Origin: Salisapilia sapeloensis CBS 127946
Taxonomy: Eukaryota; Protista; Oomycota
Length of the DNA: 64,000 nt
Direction: 5' to 3'
Assembly (NCBI GenBank): GCA_023334545.1
Contig: JAADVB010000050.1
Location: 1 to 64,000, forward strand
Below are positions 50,590 to 59,762 of the stretch, in pieces. The notes beneath the pieces were generated by a model that saw nothing but the letters and a program-made list of their open reading frames with translations, was not told the DNA's origin and did not search any database. Every line of letters starts with the position of its first letter. The stretch's first letter is position 1. Made by a program: the position numbers and the translations under genes.

Positions 50590-51738
50590 ATGTCACCTCA
50601 AGAGCGTCTAGAAGCAGAAGATAGTAAATCCACTTCACTGAAGTCTTCAGAAGAAGCTCCAGCAGACGTTGTGGTTGTAGATGAAGGCGAGTCGGAATGC
50701 ACGCCATCGACTTTGTCACAACCGATGGCCAAGTCCACCCCAGCTCCATCGAAAAGGAAGAAACGGAATAGAGTTGCGTCTACTAGCTCTGCTGTTCCAG
50801 GCAAAGCGATTCCAATGGCTGAAGCTCGTGAAAAGGAAGTCGCGAAACGCTTTGTCGAGCTAGAAGTGAGTGAAGTGTACAAAGCGATTCGAAAGCAGAC
50901 GGGAGCACTAGGTGGCAATGCTGCTGGTGGAGCTATCTACGGAGAAATCACACAATCTTCTTTCCAACGTGTCATTGATTTCCTAAAAGATAATTGTGAA
51001 TTGGATGAATCGAGCTTATTCCTAGACGTTGGCTCTGGTCTAGGGAAGCCCAACCTGCATACAGCAGTGGACCCAGGCGTCGAAGTATCCTACGGTCTAG
51101 AGTTAGAAGAATTGCGATGGCAGTTGTCACTCGTAAATCTCAAGAGTGTCCTGGCTGTCGAAGCTTGCAAGCACCGTCCGATGCGTGTGGTGTTTACTAG
51201 TGGCGACATCTCGGACGCCCAGACGCTGGAGCCGTTTACACACATCTACAGCTTCGACGTCGGCTTCCCTCCTTTCGTCATGCACAAGCTCGCCAAGATC
51301 TTTAACAAGAGCACAGCGAACTACTTTACGAGTTTCCATTCGCCTCGGAAGTTTATCGATAACTACGGCTTTGACGTCAAGAGCATCGGACGTGTCCATA
51401 CGTCCATGGCAGGGTCAAGTGAAGGTCACACGTGCTACTTTTACCAGCGTGTGGAGATGAAGCCGAGACCAGAGAGCTTGTTACATGTAGATCCACTCTT
51501 CCGCCCAGGCTTTGACGTCGTGAGTCAAGGGCGAGAGCGTCTATATGCGTGGATCCAGAGCCAAGGAGGTGATAATAACAAGGAGAGGGCGACGCGTACA
51601 CGTACTCGTCGTCTAAAAGCAGTGAAACGGAAGCAGGAGAGACCGTTGGAATCGTTCTACAAGGTCATTGGCAAGTCGCACGTGATGGAAGATGACGCTT
51701 TGACGAAAAAGAGACGTACGTCGTTGGTTTCGGCATAG
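50590..51738 (+). CDS. DOT1: DOT1-like histone H3K79 methyltransferase
   Basis: GAIYGEI, SAM-binding FLDVGSGLGKP, YGLE, FTSGDI and HIYSFD, with basic NLS-like stretches at both ends. Start taken at MSPQERL. Confidence 0.82.
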   Translation: MSPQERLEAEDSKSTSLKSSEEAPADVVVVDEGESECTPSTLSQPMAKSTPAPSKRKKRNRVASTSSAVPGKAIPMAEAREKEVAKRFVELEVSEVYKAIRKQTGALGGNAAGGAIYGEITQSSFQRVIDFLKDNCELDESSLFLDVGSGLGKPNLHTAVDPGVEVSYGLELEELRWQLSLVNLKSVLAVEACKHRPMRVVFTSGDISDAQTLEPFTHIYSFDVGFPPFVMHKLAKIFNKSTANYFTSFHSPRKFIDNYGFDVKSIGRVHTSMAGSSEGHTCYFYQRVEMKPRPESLLHVDPLFRPGFDVVSQGRERLYAWIQSQGGDNNKERATRTRTRRLKAVKRKQERPLESFYKVIGKSHVMEDDALTKKRRTSLVSA

Positions 51739-51857
51739 ATTTTGAATTAAAAAGGGCAAGTTTTACATGTACCTGATGGACTAATTGTTCGACGCCATCT
51801 TCTTGATCGATTTTAAATAGACGAAAGCGTCATGGAAGCAGCCAGTGTCTTTGGGAG

Positions 51858-53114
51858 TTAATCCACGAGACTGTCGATGAAGTCACCAAAGGCATTGAAC
51901 ATGTCTGCTGTATGATCGTTGTCCAAGACACGGGAAACGGCGTCGATACTCGCGTCAAACATGTCGTGCATGTCGGAGTCAATGCGGGGTTGCTTTGAAC
52001 TGGAGACTACGACTACATCGTTGTGGCTGAATCCGATGGAATGGCCAATCTTGTGTAGATGCCCACTACTCTCACTATCTTCGGACTCGCTACTGTCATC
52101 CAACAGTTCTTCACATTCGATATCGCCGAACGCAGACAGTTCGCTCACGTGTGATATGACTTCGTTCGAGATGTCTGCAAAGAGTTGGAAGACATCTTCG
52201 ACTTCATCTTTCGTAGGTAGAATATCGTAGGCTTCATGTGCTGAGGAACCAGTGTACAAATTCGTTTTCTCTTGGATAGCAGCACCGGCACGACGGTAGT
52301 TGTTGCCATCAAAAGCTTCTCGCGTGATGTCTCGACAAAGCATCAGCATGTCATACAGCTCTTCGCTGTGAGCTGTATCATACGCCCATTTGATTATGTA
52401 GAATGCATTTTGAGGACCGAGAGTGCGTATAAGGAAGCGCACGCTACTCTTCGCTTGATCCACGCAATCTTCTTGCGAGACGTGAGAAGCTAGGCTAGGA
52501 GATAGAGACACGAGCAAGTGGTAGGCCGGAATGGCAATGCCATACGATACGACCGATACGGACGCATCTCCCGTCGCGAACGCACTATCGCGAACGACAC
52601 CCGAGAGACGGTCGGTGGTAGCACTAAATGTCGAATGCGCTCGTGTCGAGACACCTGTGTAAATATTACGCGATGTACGGGTCACTACTGCGTGGGAGTG
52701 CGTAATTGCACCAGAGATCTTCCGACCGCTGTAGTTCGCGACGCTGATCGGCACGGATGCTGCTGCCGAGATACCAGATACGACAGTACGAGCTGGGAAC
52801 AATAGCACTCGTTTGATCGCATGTTCAGCTTCAACAGGAGGTACATCATTCACATCCGTGAGTCGGGGCTGTTCCGACGGAGTCACTTGAGCTTCCTTTC
52901 CCCACGCGCTGTAGATGCTGCCAGTGATTCGGCCTGGCACGTGCAGTGCGTAGTTCGTCACGCTTAGCGCCATGCGTCCACAGAAGATGTATGGATAGAA
53001 GACGACAGTCGCAACGGTAATTGCGGAAGTGACTACGATCTGCACGGCTGACCGCCGCTCTTGGCTTCGTACGGCCGCATCCGTCGCCTGCGACGTGATC
53101 TCCTCTGGTGCCAT
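51858..53114 (-). CDS. Hypothetical protein with an N-terminal hydrophobic segment and amphipathic Ser/Thr/Ala/Val-rich helices
   Basis: Intronless ORF of about 418 aa from MAPEEIT. No family recognised. Confidence 0.7.
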   Translation of the reverse strand: MAPEEITSQATDAAVRSQERRSAVQIVVTSAITVATVVFYPYIFCGRMALSVTNYALHVPGRITGSIYSAWGKEAQVTPSEQPRLTDVNDVPPVEAEHAIKRVLLFPARTVVSGISAAASVPISVANYSGRKISGAITHSHAVVTRTSRNIYTGVSTRAHSTFSATTDRLSGVVRDSAFATGDASVSVVSYGIAIPAYHLLVSLSPSLASHVSQEDCVDQAKSSVRFLIRTLGPQNAFYIIKWAYDTAHSEELYDMLMLCRDITREAFDGNNYRRAGAAIQEKTNLYTGSSAHEAYDILPTKDEVEDVFQLFADISNEVISHVSELSAFGDIECEELLDDSSESEDSESSGHLHKIGHSIGFSHNDVVVVSSSKQPRIDSDMHDMFDASIDAVSRVLDNDHTADMFNAFGDFIDSLVD

Positions 53115-53393
53115 GTGCCGTCGAGCGTGTGTGTTTGTGCTGGATGTTTTGTATTGGCTAATAATAGGCATTCGTAACGCTGTTGATTGGTGAAGAAAAG
53201 GTAGACAGACAGGTCATACTGAAGTCAAGTAGTTTGACAGTCGACGGCACAAAGTATACGGCGAGAGAGAGCGGTGGGAGAACGGTTCGAGTTCCTCTCT
53301 TCATCATCCTTGACGCGACAGTATCTCCGTCAAGTTATTCGAATATCTTGCGAAACGGACTGCGACACTCTGGCGCCGATACGATAGAGAAGG

Positions 53394-55415
53394 ATGGAAG
53401 CAGGGTCTGGAGCGTCAACGCATAGTAAAGCGTCCATGTCATTGTCTCAGTACTCTTGCGGCCCGAGCAAGTCGGCCATGGGCTCCATGCTCTTCTCCGG
53501 AGATGAAGACGATGAACATCGGCGGACGACGCATATGAGAAACCGCGATAGTGGTAGCAGTACGCCAGAGGCCGAGTCCTCGTACGTCATTGAAGGCCCG
53601 TGGGAGCAGCGAAACTTCCACTTCAAAAACGTCTTGCTCCACGTATGCTCCTTTATTCTTATTCTCGAGTTCAGTGAACGTGTCAGCTACTATGGCATCA
53701 ACCAAGGTCTGAAGAACTACATGGACCAACTCGGGTGGAGTCAAGTGGGTGCAAACGCGCTTAAGAGTACTTGGACATCGATATGCTACCTCTCTCCTCT
53801 CTTTGGAGGTTACGTAGCGGATGAAAAATGGGGTCGGTTTAAGACGCTGTGGGTGTTTGGCTTTTGGTATACTGCAGGTACATTTCTGCTCATGGTCTCT
53901 GCGTATCCAGCCGTAAGGGATCAAGAGATGCTCGCGAATCTCTTGTGTCACTTTGGTCTCTTTGGAGGTGTCGCCATCGGTACGGGTGCCATCAAAGCCA
54001 ACGTCATTACGTTCGGTGCAGATCAATTCGACCCGAACGATCCGAATGAAGTGCATCAGAAGGAAAATTTTTTCAGCTATTTTTATATCGTCATCAACCT
54101 CGGCGCCATCTTCTCGTACGGGTACTTGTCCGTACTATGTGTCGAAGGTTCTGGGCTGATTCCTCGTGACTATGGCTACTTTGCCAACTTTTGCATCTGC
54201 GGCGGGATCATGGTCTTTGCCTACGCGCTCTTCTTCTTCGGCTACCCTCGATACGTCCACTTTGAACCAGCCATGAGCACCGTATCGGAGCTCCTAGGTA
54301 TCATTAGAGGCAATTGTGCCTACAGCTACGAAGCCCGGATGCTTTGCTACGGTCTAGGAGCTTTTGTCATCTCGTTCTTGTTTAATCTTGTCGCAGCGTT
54401 TCTTGCTGATACTTTGGCGGTTGGTCAGTACTTGTCCTACCTCGTGGTCATTTGCTGTCTCTTTGGTATGTACGTCTGGATCCGATATGGCATGACAACG
54501 GCGTATATGGATAAATCCAAGGCATCAAATGGTGGAAAGTACAATGACGAAGTGGTGGATGATATCAAGGACGTGATCTGCGTTCTCCCATTCGCGTCGT
54601 TCATGATCGTGTGGGAGTGTGCGTACGATCAACTCGACGCTAACTTCCAGTCAATTGCGCAGCAGTGTGACCTTCGGTTAGGAGCTGATAGTCCGACGGA
54701 CGATACCGCCGTGCAGGTGCCAGGTGCCAGTCTCGGCATCTTCGATCCGCTGACAATCATCGTCCTCATTCCCATCCTGGATAGCATCATCTATCCTCTC
54801 TACCAGCGTCTTGTCGGACGTCCGCCTAGTGCATACGGCAAAGTGCTGACTGGACTAGTCATTTCGTCCTTGACCATGTTCTGGGCGGGTGCGTTTGAAG
54901 TACTTCGGAGGAACACGGACGTATTGAAAGACGCGAATGGACAGCCGATTCAAGATCGAGGGTCTGGCGAGCCCATGAATGAAATGTACTGGGCAAACGC
55001 TGTGCCTATGTACGTCTTTGTGGCTGTCGCAGAGTGTCTGATCAACGTCCCTGCGTACGAACTCTTCTACACGTCTGTGCCAGTGTACCTCAAGAGTACT
55101 TGCCAAGCGATCAATTTGTTCATGGTTGCCATGGGGAGTAACTTGACGTCGACGTTTACGCTGTTGTTCCAAAATTTCATTCCACAAGATCTAAATGACG
55201 GCCATTTTGAGTACATGTACTACACGGTCGGTGCAATTGGTGTCGTGAATGCGATTGCTTTCGTGGCTGTGATGCACGCGATGGAGTTTGGTATGAACAA
55301 GGATCATGACGATGAAGAATTGGTGGAAAGCCCAGACTTGGATGCCCATGGCATGGACAGTGGGTACATTGACCGAAACGCCTCTTTTGAAAGCATTACG
55401 CTGTCACGAGGATAA
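53394..55415 (+). CDS. Proton-dependent oligopeptide transporter (POT/PTR family, MFS)
   Basis: ExxER motif (LEFSERVSYYG), GGYVADEKWGRFKT, GTGAIKANV.TFGADQF, FFSYFY..INLG, and about 12 TM segments. Confidence 0.95.
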   Translation: MEAGSGASTHSKASMSLSQYSCGPSKSAMGSMLFSGDEDDEHRRTTHMRNRDSGSSTPEAESSYVIEGPWEQRNFHFKNVLLHVCSFILILEFSERVSYYGINQGLKNYMDQLGWSQVGANALKSTWTSICYLSPLFGGYVADEKWGRFKTLWVFGFWYTAGTFLLMVSAYPAVRDQEMLANLLCHFGLFGGVAIGTGAIKANVITFGADQFDPNDPNEVHQKENFFSYFYIVINLGAIFSYGYLSVLCVEGSGLIPRDYGYFANFCICGGIMVFAYALFFFGYPRYVHFEPAMSTVSELLGIIRGNCAYSYEARMLCYGLGAFVISFLFNLVAAFLADTLAVGQYLSYLVVICCLFGMYVWIRYGMTTAYMDKSKASNGGKYNDEVVDDIKDVICVLPFASFMIVWECAYDQLDANFQSIAQQCDLRLGADSPTDDTAVQVPGASLGIFDPLTIIVLIPILDSIIYPLYQRLVGRPPSAYGKVLTGLVISSLTMFWAGAFEVLRRNTDVLKDANGQPIQDRGSGEPMNEMYWANAVPMYVFVAVAECLINVPAYELFYTSVPVYLKSTCQAINLFMVAMGSNLTSTFTLLFQNFIPQDLNDGHFEYMYYTVGAIGVVNAIAFVAVMHAMEFGMNKDHDDEELVESPDLDAHGMDSGYIDRNASFESITLSRG

Positions 55416-55818
55416 CGTCTTCCTCTTGGGAAGTTTGTTCTTACAACTGACTATGTCGTAGTTCGTAGCGAATTGTTCTAATAATTAAAAAAACGTTTGG
55501 GTTTTGTGTCTACATGCCTTGTTCATCTACTAGATATATCTTCATCTACGCTTAGAAAGATGTAGAGACAGAAGACAAGAGTAGGATTGGGAAGCTAAAG
55601 TATTAAATGGATTCGAAAGAAAGCACTGTTGAAAGGCAAAGGTCAAATATATCGTTCTTCTCTTCATCCAGTCGTGATAGGAAGCAAATAGTCGTTCGTC
55701 GTATTATACTACTCATCATGGCGAAAGCACGTCCGTGTACGTGCTCAACTGTTTGCTACGAACTAGGTATCTATCGTCAAAGGCTTTTGACACACGACAG
55801 GATCCTACTGCCAACATA

Positions 55819-57924
55819 TCATCTGCGTCCACGCATACTTGGACCAGGCCCGCGGCCTCGACCGTCGAACTGGTTCATCGGAGTAGGAAATGGACCATTA
55901 AACGGCATCGGACCACGAGAGTTATATTCATTTCCAACTTCATGCGCGTACTGGCACGCGTTGCCATGTTTACAGCCATGTGGTGTATTGAAAAACATGC
56001 AAGGAGCAGCACCTCGGTGTTGCGTCCGTTTCGCAGGAGGACCGTCCGGGAAAAGTCCAGGCTGTGCTTTGCGTTTCGCAGGCGGGTTAAACGCTCGAGG
56101 AGGAGGAGGCGGACCTCCAGGGACAGTGTACCCGTGCGGAGGACCGTTTACAAAGCCGTAGCCCTGAGGATGGGGTGGCTGACGAGGTGGAAAGCCACCG
56201 GGAGGACCATGAAACGCATGAGGTGGAGGAGGATATTGAGGATACATTGGCTGCTGTTGCCGACGGTGCTGGTCAACAATTTCCAAAACACGACTGTCGG
56301 GAATATAATTCCCATTCCGCTCTGCCTCGCTGTACACTTGCGGCAGCACTTGTTCATTGTCCATAAGCGCAGCCAGTGTCGACTGCTGTAGAGGTCCAAG
56401 CGCATCCCGCAACGCTCGCTCTTCAGCTGTTTCAGCCGGGAGATTGTCGGTAGTAGACGCAGGCTGTGGTACATGTTTATAAGTATTTATCATCGTACAA
56501 TTCGGAGGGAATAGACTTACGTCAAAGAGAGGAATTTCGACAGGAGGATCTTGAGGCGGGTAGCTCTTAGGTTTCCACTCCTTCGGATTATCCGGCGGCA
56601 CTTCTCCGTCAAGGACAAGGAACTCCATCTCGCGTCGAGTTCGCTGGTCTTGTGCGTCCACTTCCGCAGTCTTGATCGGCCCACGACGTTCCTCTAGCTC
56701 GGACGGTAGCTTCATGATTGCTGGTTCGCTCCATTCATGCACTTCCTTAAGAGAAAACCTCTCGCGTTCTTTATGAGATTTGATCGCGTTGCGTTCATCT
56801 GCATGTTCCCGAAGCTTTGCATCCCGGAAGCTTTCATCCATCTGAGACTCGTTCACGAGATCTCTCCAGGACTCAATCAAACGGACTTGTACAAGTTCCT
56901 TGCCATTATCATCTGCCCATCGAATCTTTTTCGAAGAAGTCGACTTGGAGGTTTTATTCACAGCAGCATTAAAGCTCTCGATCGTCGGCAATTGGACTGG
57001 CGCAGGCTCCTCAATTGCAGGCTTGGCAGTCGTAGACTGCTCTGTAGTGCCTTCTGCTTCACTAGTCTTTGCTTTCTCCTTTCCAGAGCTACTGGATGTT
57101 TTAGATGACTTGGATGTCCGCCGTTGCATCAAGTTACCAAGCAGATCAGAAGACTTGGCTGATTTGTTGCTAGACTTCTTCTTAGGTGTGTCCTTCGGAG
57201 AGCTTTCACCTTGTCGAGGGGAAGCAGCTCCAGTGGCAGCAGACTTGGCAGCCTCCACCTTGCTCTTCTTTTCTTTTTCCGTAAACTTGCTTCGCCAGAA
57301 CTTGAGCAACTCTTGTGCCGAACGCTTGACGCGTTCGTTCTTGGCTGTCTTCCGTAGCTGGACGATGGGCTCGTTTATCTTGGCTTCTGTAATACTGGTG
57401 AGGCGAAGAGGTAGGCTCTTTAAGACGGACAGCAAGAGCAGAATCAGGTCTGTATAGCTCCATTCGACTGCATGGTCTAACCATACTTTCGCGAGCTTAA
57501 GCCCTCCACGCTGTTCAAAGGCACGAGTACAAGCTTTGGCTACTTTACTCGAACTAGAAGTTGTGGTGGCTCGAAGTACAACGAGAATGAGAGCTTGTTC
57601 TGGTTCTTGCTTGGCACTTTCCAATGCATCGATGAACTTGACGACGTTCTGGAGCGTGTCGATTCGAAACTCGGCGTCAATCAAGGGAAGTAAAGAAGCT
57701 TCCGTTGCATTCATAGGTCGACTGGGATCACGATTGGGACAATGGATCGCATTGTATAGTGCTTTAGGCGTATATTCGCTTGTACTGGAAGAGCCGTTGC
57801 TTGATACAGAAGGCTTCCTAGTGGAAGTGTCAGGACTTGGAGATTGTATACACTGGGGCGTGTCCATGGGCACTGGTGTTGGATCAGCGTTCATGACGGG
57901 TACTCTATCGACTAGGGATTTCAT
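55819..57924 (-). CDS. PNUTS/PPP1R10-like PP1 regulatory subunit (TFIIS-N domain + RVxF/W motif + CCCH zinc finger)
   Basis: TFIIS-N/LW domain (GGLKLAKVWL...LLSVLKSLP...I..PIVQLRK...AQELLKFW), KKIRWAD motif, Pro-rich region, C-x8-C-x5-C-x3-H finger and an RG-rich tail. A probable in-frame intron lies at 56464-56520. Confidence 0.75.
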   Translation of the reverse strand: MKSLVDRVPVMNADPTPVPMDTPQCIQSPSPDTSTRKPSVSSNGSSSTSEYTPKALYNAIHCPNRDPSRPMNATEASLLPLIDAEFRIDTLQNVVKFIDALESAKQEPEQALILVVLRATTTSSSSKVAKACTRAFEQRGGLKLAKVWLDHAVEWSYTDLILLLLSVLKSLPLRLTSITEAKINEPIVQLRKTAKNERVKRSAQELLKFWRSKFTEKEKKSKVEAAKSAATGAASPRQGESSPKDTPKKKSSNKSAKSSDLLGNLMQRRTSKSSKTSSSSGKEKAKTSEAEGTTEQSTTAKPAIEEPAPVQLPTIESFNAAVNKTSKSTSSKKIRWADDNGKELVQVRLIESWRDLVNESQMDESFRDAKLREHADERNAIKSHKERERFSLKEVHEWSEPAIMKLPSELEERRGPIKTAEVDAQDQRTRREMEFLVLDGEVPPDNPKEWKPKSYPPQDPPVEIPLFDVSLFPPNCTMINTYKHVPQPASTTDNLPAETAEERALRDALGPLQQSTLAALMDNEQVLPQVYSEAERNGNYIPDSRVLEIVDQHRRQQQPMYPQYPPPPHAFHGPPGGFPPRQPPHPQGYGFVNGPPHGYTVPGGPPPPPRAFNPPAKRKAQPGLFPDGPPAKRTQHRGAAPCMFFNTPHGCKHGNACQYAHEVGNEYNSRGPMPFNGPFPTPMNQFDGRGRGPGPSMRGRR

Positions 57925-59235
57925 TAGTGATCTCCTTTACTTGGAGGTACGGTGGTGTAGGAAGGAGATAAAATCAGGTATGGTAACCGCACTCCAGTAT
58001 GACAAGACTTTTGTATGTACCTCGATAAACGCAGCGAAGGGCACTCACTTAGGTCTATAAGAGCTGAGGTTCACGTAAAGTAGTTGGACCGTGAAGGATA
58101 GAACGATAAAACGCGTGAAGGCGAAGAAACGTGTCGAGATGGATCTGGAGCTCCGTTCGCAGGCACGTCTATCAGTCGCCTCTTCTATCACGAAGACCCG
58201 TTCGATCAACTCGGGAGTTGGAAAGCCAACAAGGATAGGGGGTTGTCTTTACTCCGCGCAATGTGTACGCTAGAGGGCCAAAGACAAAGAAGACGACGTA
58301 GTTTTTGTACTAGTCTCCTACCTACTCTCTTTTTTGCTTTGTATGAAAGGCTTGAAAATGAAACAAAGGGAGGGGGTAGCACTGCCGAATTTGTTAACTA
58401 CTACAGGGCAAGTACTCTCTTCAAACGAGGGCAGACAGACAGAGCTACGAGACGCTCTTCCGTCGTGAAGAATTGGTTCCGATTCTGAACGGCGGAGGTT
58501 TTAACACTTTCGGAAGACCTTCGAGAAACCTTTTTATAGTTTATCCGCAATGATGTCTTTATTACAGGATGTTTCGAAATAATAAGAAAACAGAATGGAA
58601 ATGAACCACGAAGTGTCTTTCTAGCTCCTTGTGTGTGCTCTAGATATTATTTTCAGACTAGTATATGGTATGTGATACTGCGTAGACTTGTTTCTTTAAA
58701 TAGTGAAACTTTTGTGGGCTTGAATTGCAGTGATGGATGGATACGACCACTCCGATTGTAGAATGTATTTAGTTTCTACTTGAACGTTCATTTTACGTTG
58801 TCATGTCTGCTTGATGCGATCCTTGCACTTACGATAGCACCATGCAACCAATGGGCATGCGTTCCGCCCTCGCTATCAGCCTATGATTTCCTCCAGACTT
58901 TCGTACTCCACAGACTCTCGTCCAGCAGGATCCAATGGCATAGGTTTGCTGATGGCTTTCCACTGGATCCAGTCCCCTCCATCGGATCCATGCAATTGTC
59001 ATGACGGTCGCGCCATGGTCCAGACATGTCGGTCACGTCAGTCGTACTCGTCGGTTTATAGATGAATATATACAACAAGGCAATGAATGAGTTGTCCAGT
59101 GGCAGCCTACTGTATTATTTCCCTTTTACGTTGCCTGAATGCCTATCCGAAAGAAGAAACAGCATTGCCCCAAGAGAAGACTCGGAGCACCGATAGATGG
59201 ACCGAAAGCCTCCTCTCGCTAGCACGACCTCCAAT

Positions 59236-59456
59236 TTACCGGTACTATATCAAGCATCAATAAGCTGCTCAAACACATATAACGTTCACGAGAAAAGTAC
59301 CTTGACGAAGCCAATGTCCGTAGCACGCTCACGGAAGCAACGACGGCACATGTTGAGGTGGTACTTGCGGATGAGACCGCGGGTCGTGTGGCAGACACGG
59401 CAGTGACGCGAGTCCTTGCCGTAGTTGCGCGGGTGCGTGTAGTGGAGGTTGGTCAT
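59236..59456 (-). CDS. RPS29: 40S ribosomal protein S29 (uS14), not in the ORF track
   Basis: [52 protein letters not shown]|YR*, with an intron at 59245-59300. Confidence 0.97.
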
Positions 59457-59762
59457 CTACAAAGCACATATCGTCAATACATTCCTCCATCTCGCCATCA
59501 CGAGCTCATGCGCCGTACCTTGTTGTTCGGGCTAGCTTGGACTTTTGGTGGTTGCAGCGCTTTTGCCTCCACCCGTGCTAATTCTACGGGACAATCACCT
59601 TTTCTATCTAAATCACTACGTCTATTGGTTTAAAATACAATTTGTTATTATTTTATTCGCTAAAATATAGATGCAATACTTAAATCAAGTTCTCAGAATT
59701 TTACATGTAATTGGAAAAGCACCAACTTCGATCCAAAACACGAGACTCAGACGCACGTGGCG

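Noticed and set aside
56464-56520. Several in-frame, stop-free introns (for example here, 18318-18368, 62602-62652, and in FOR20, VHA-H and RCC1-BTB)
   Set aside because: With dozens of 50-60 nt introns, roughly one in seven is expected to be 3n and stop-free by chance, so no enrichment can be claimed.
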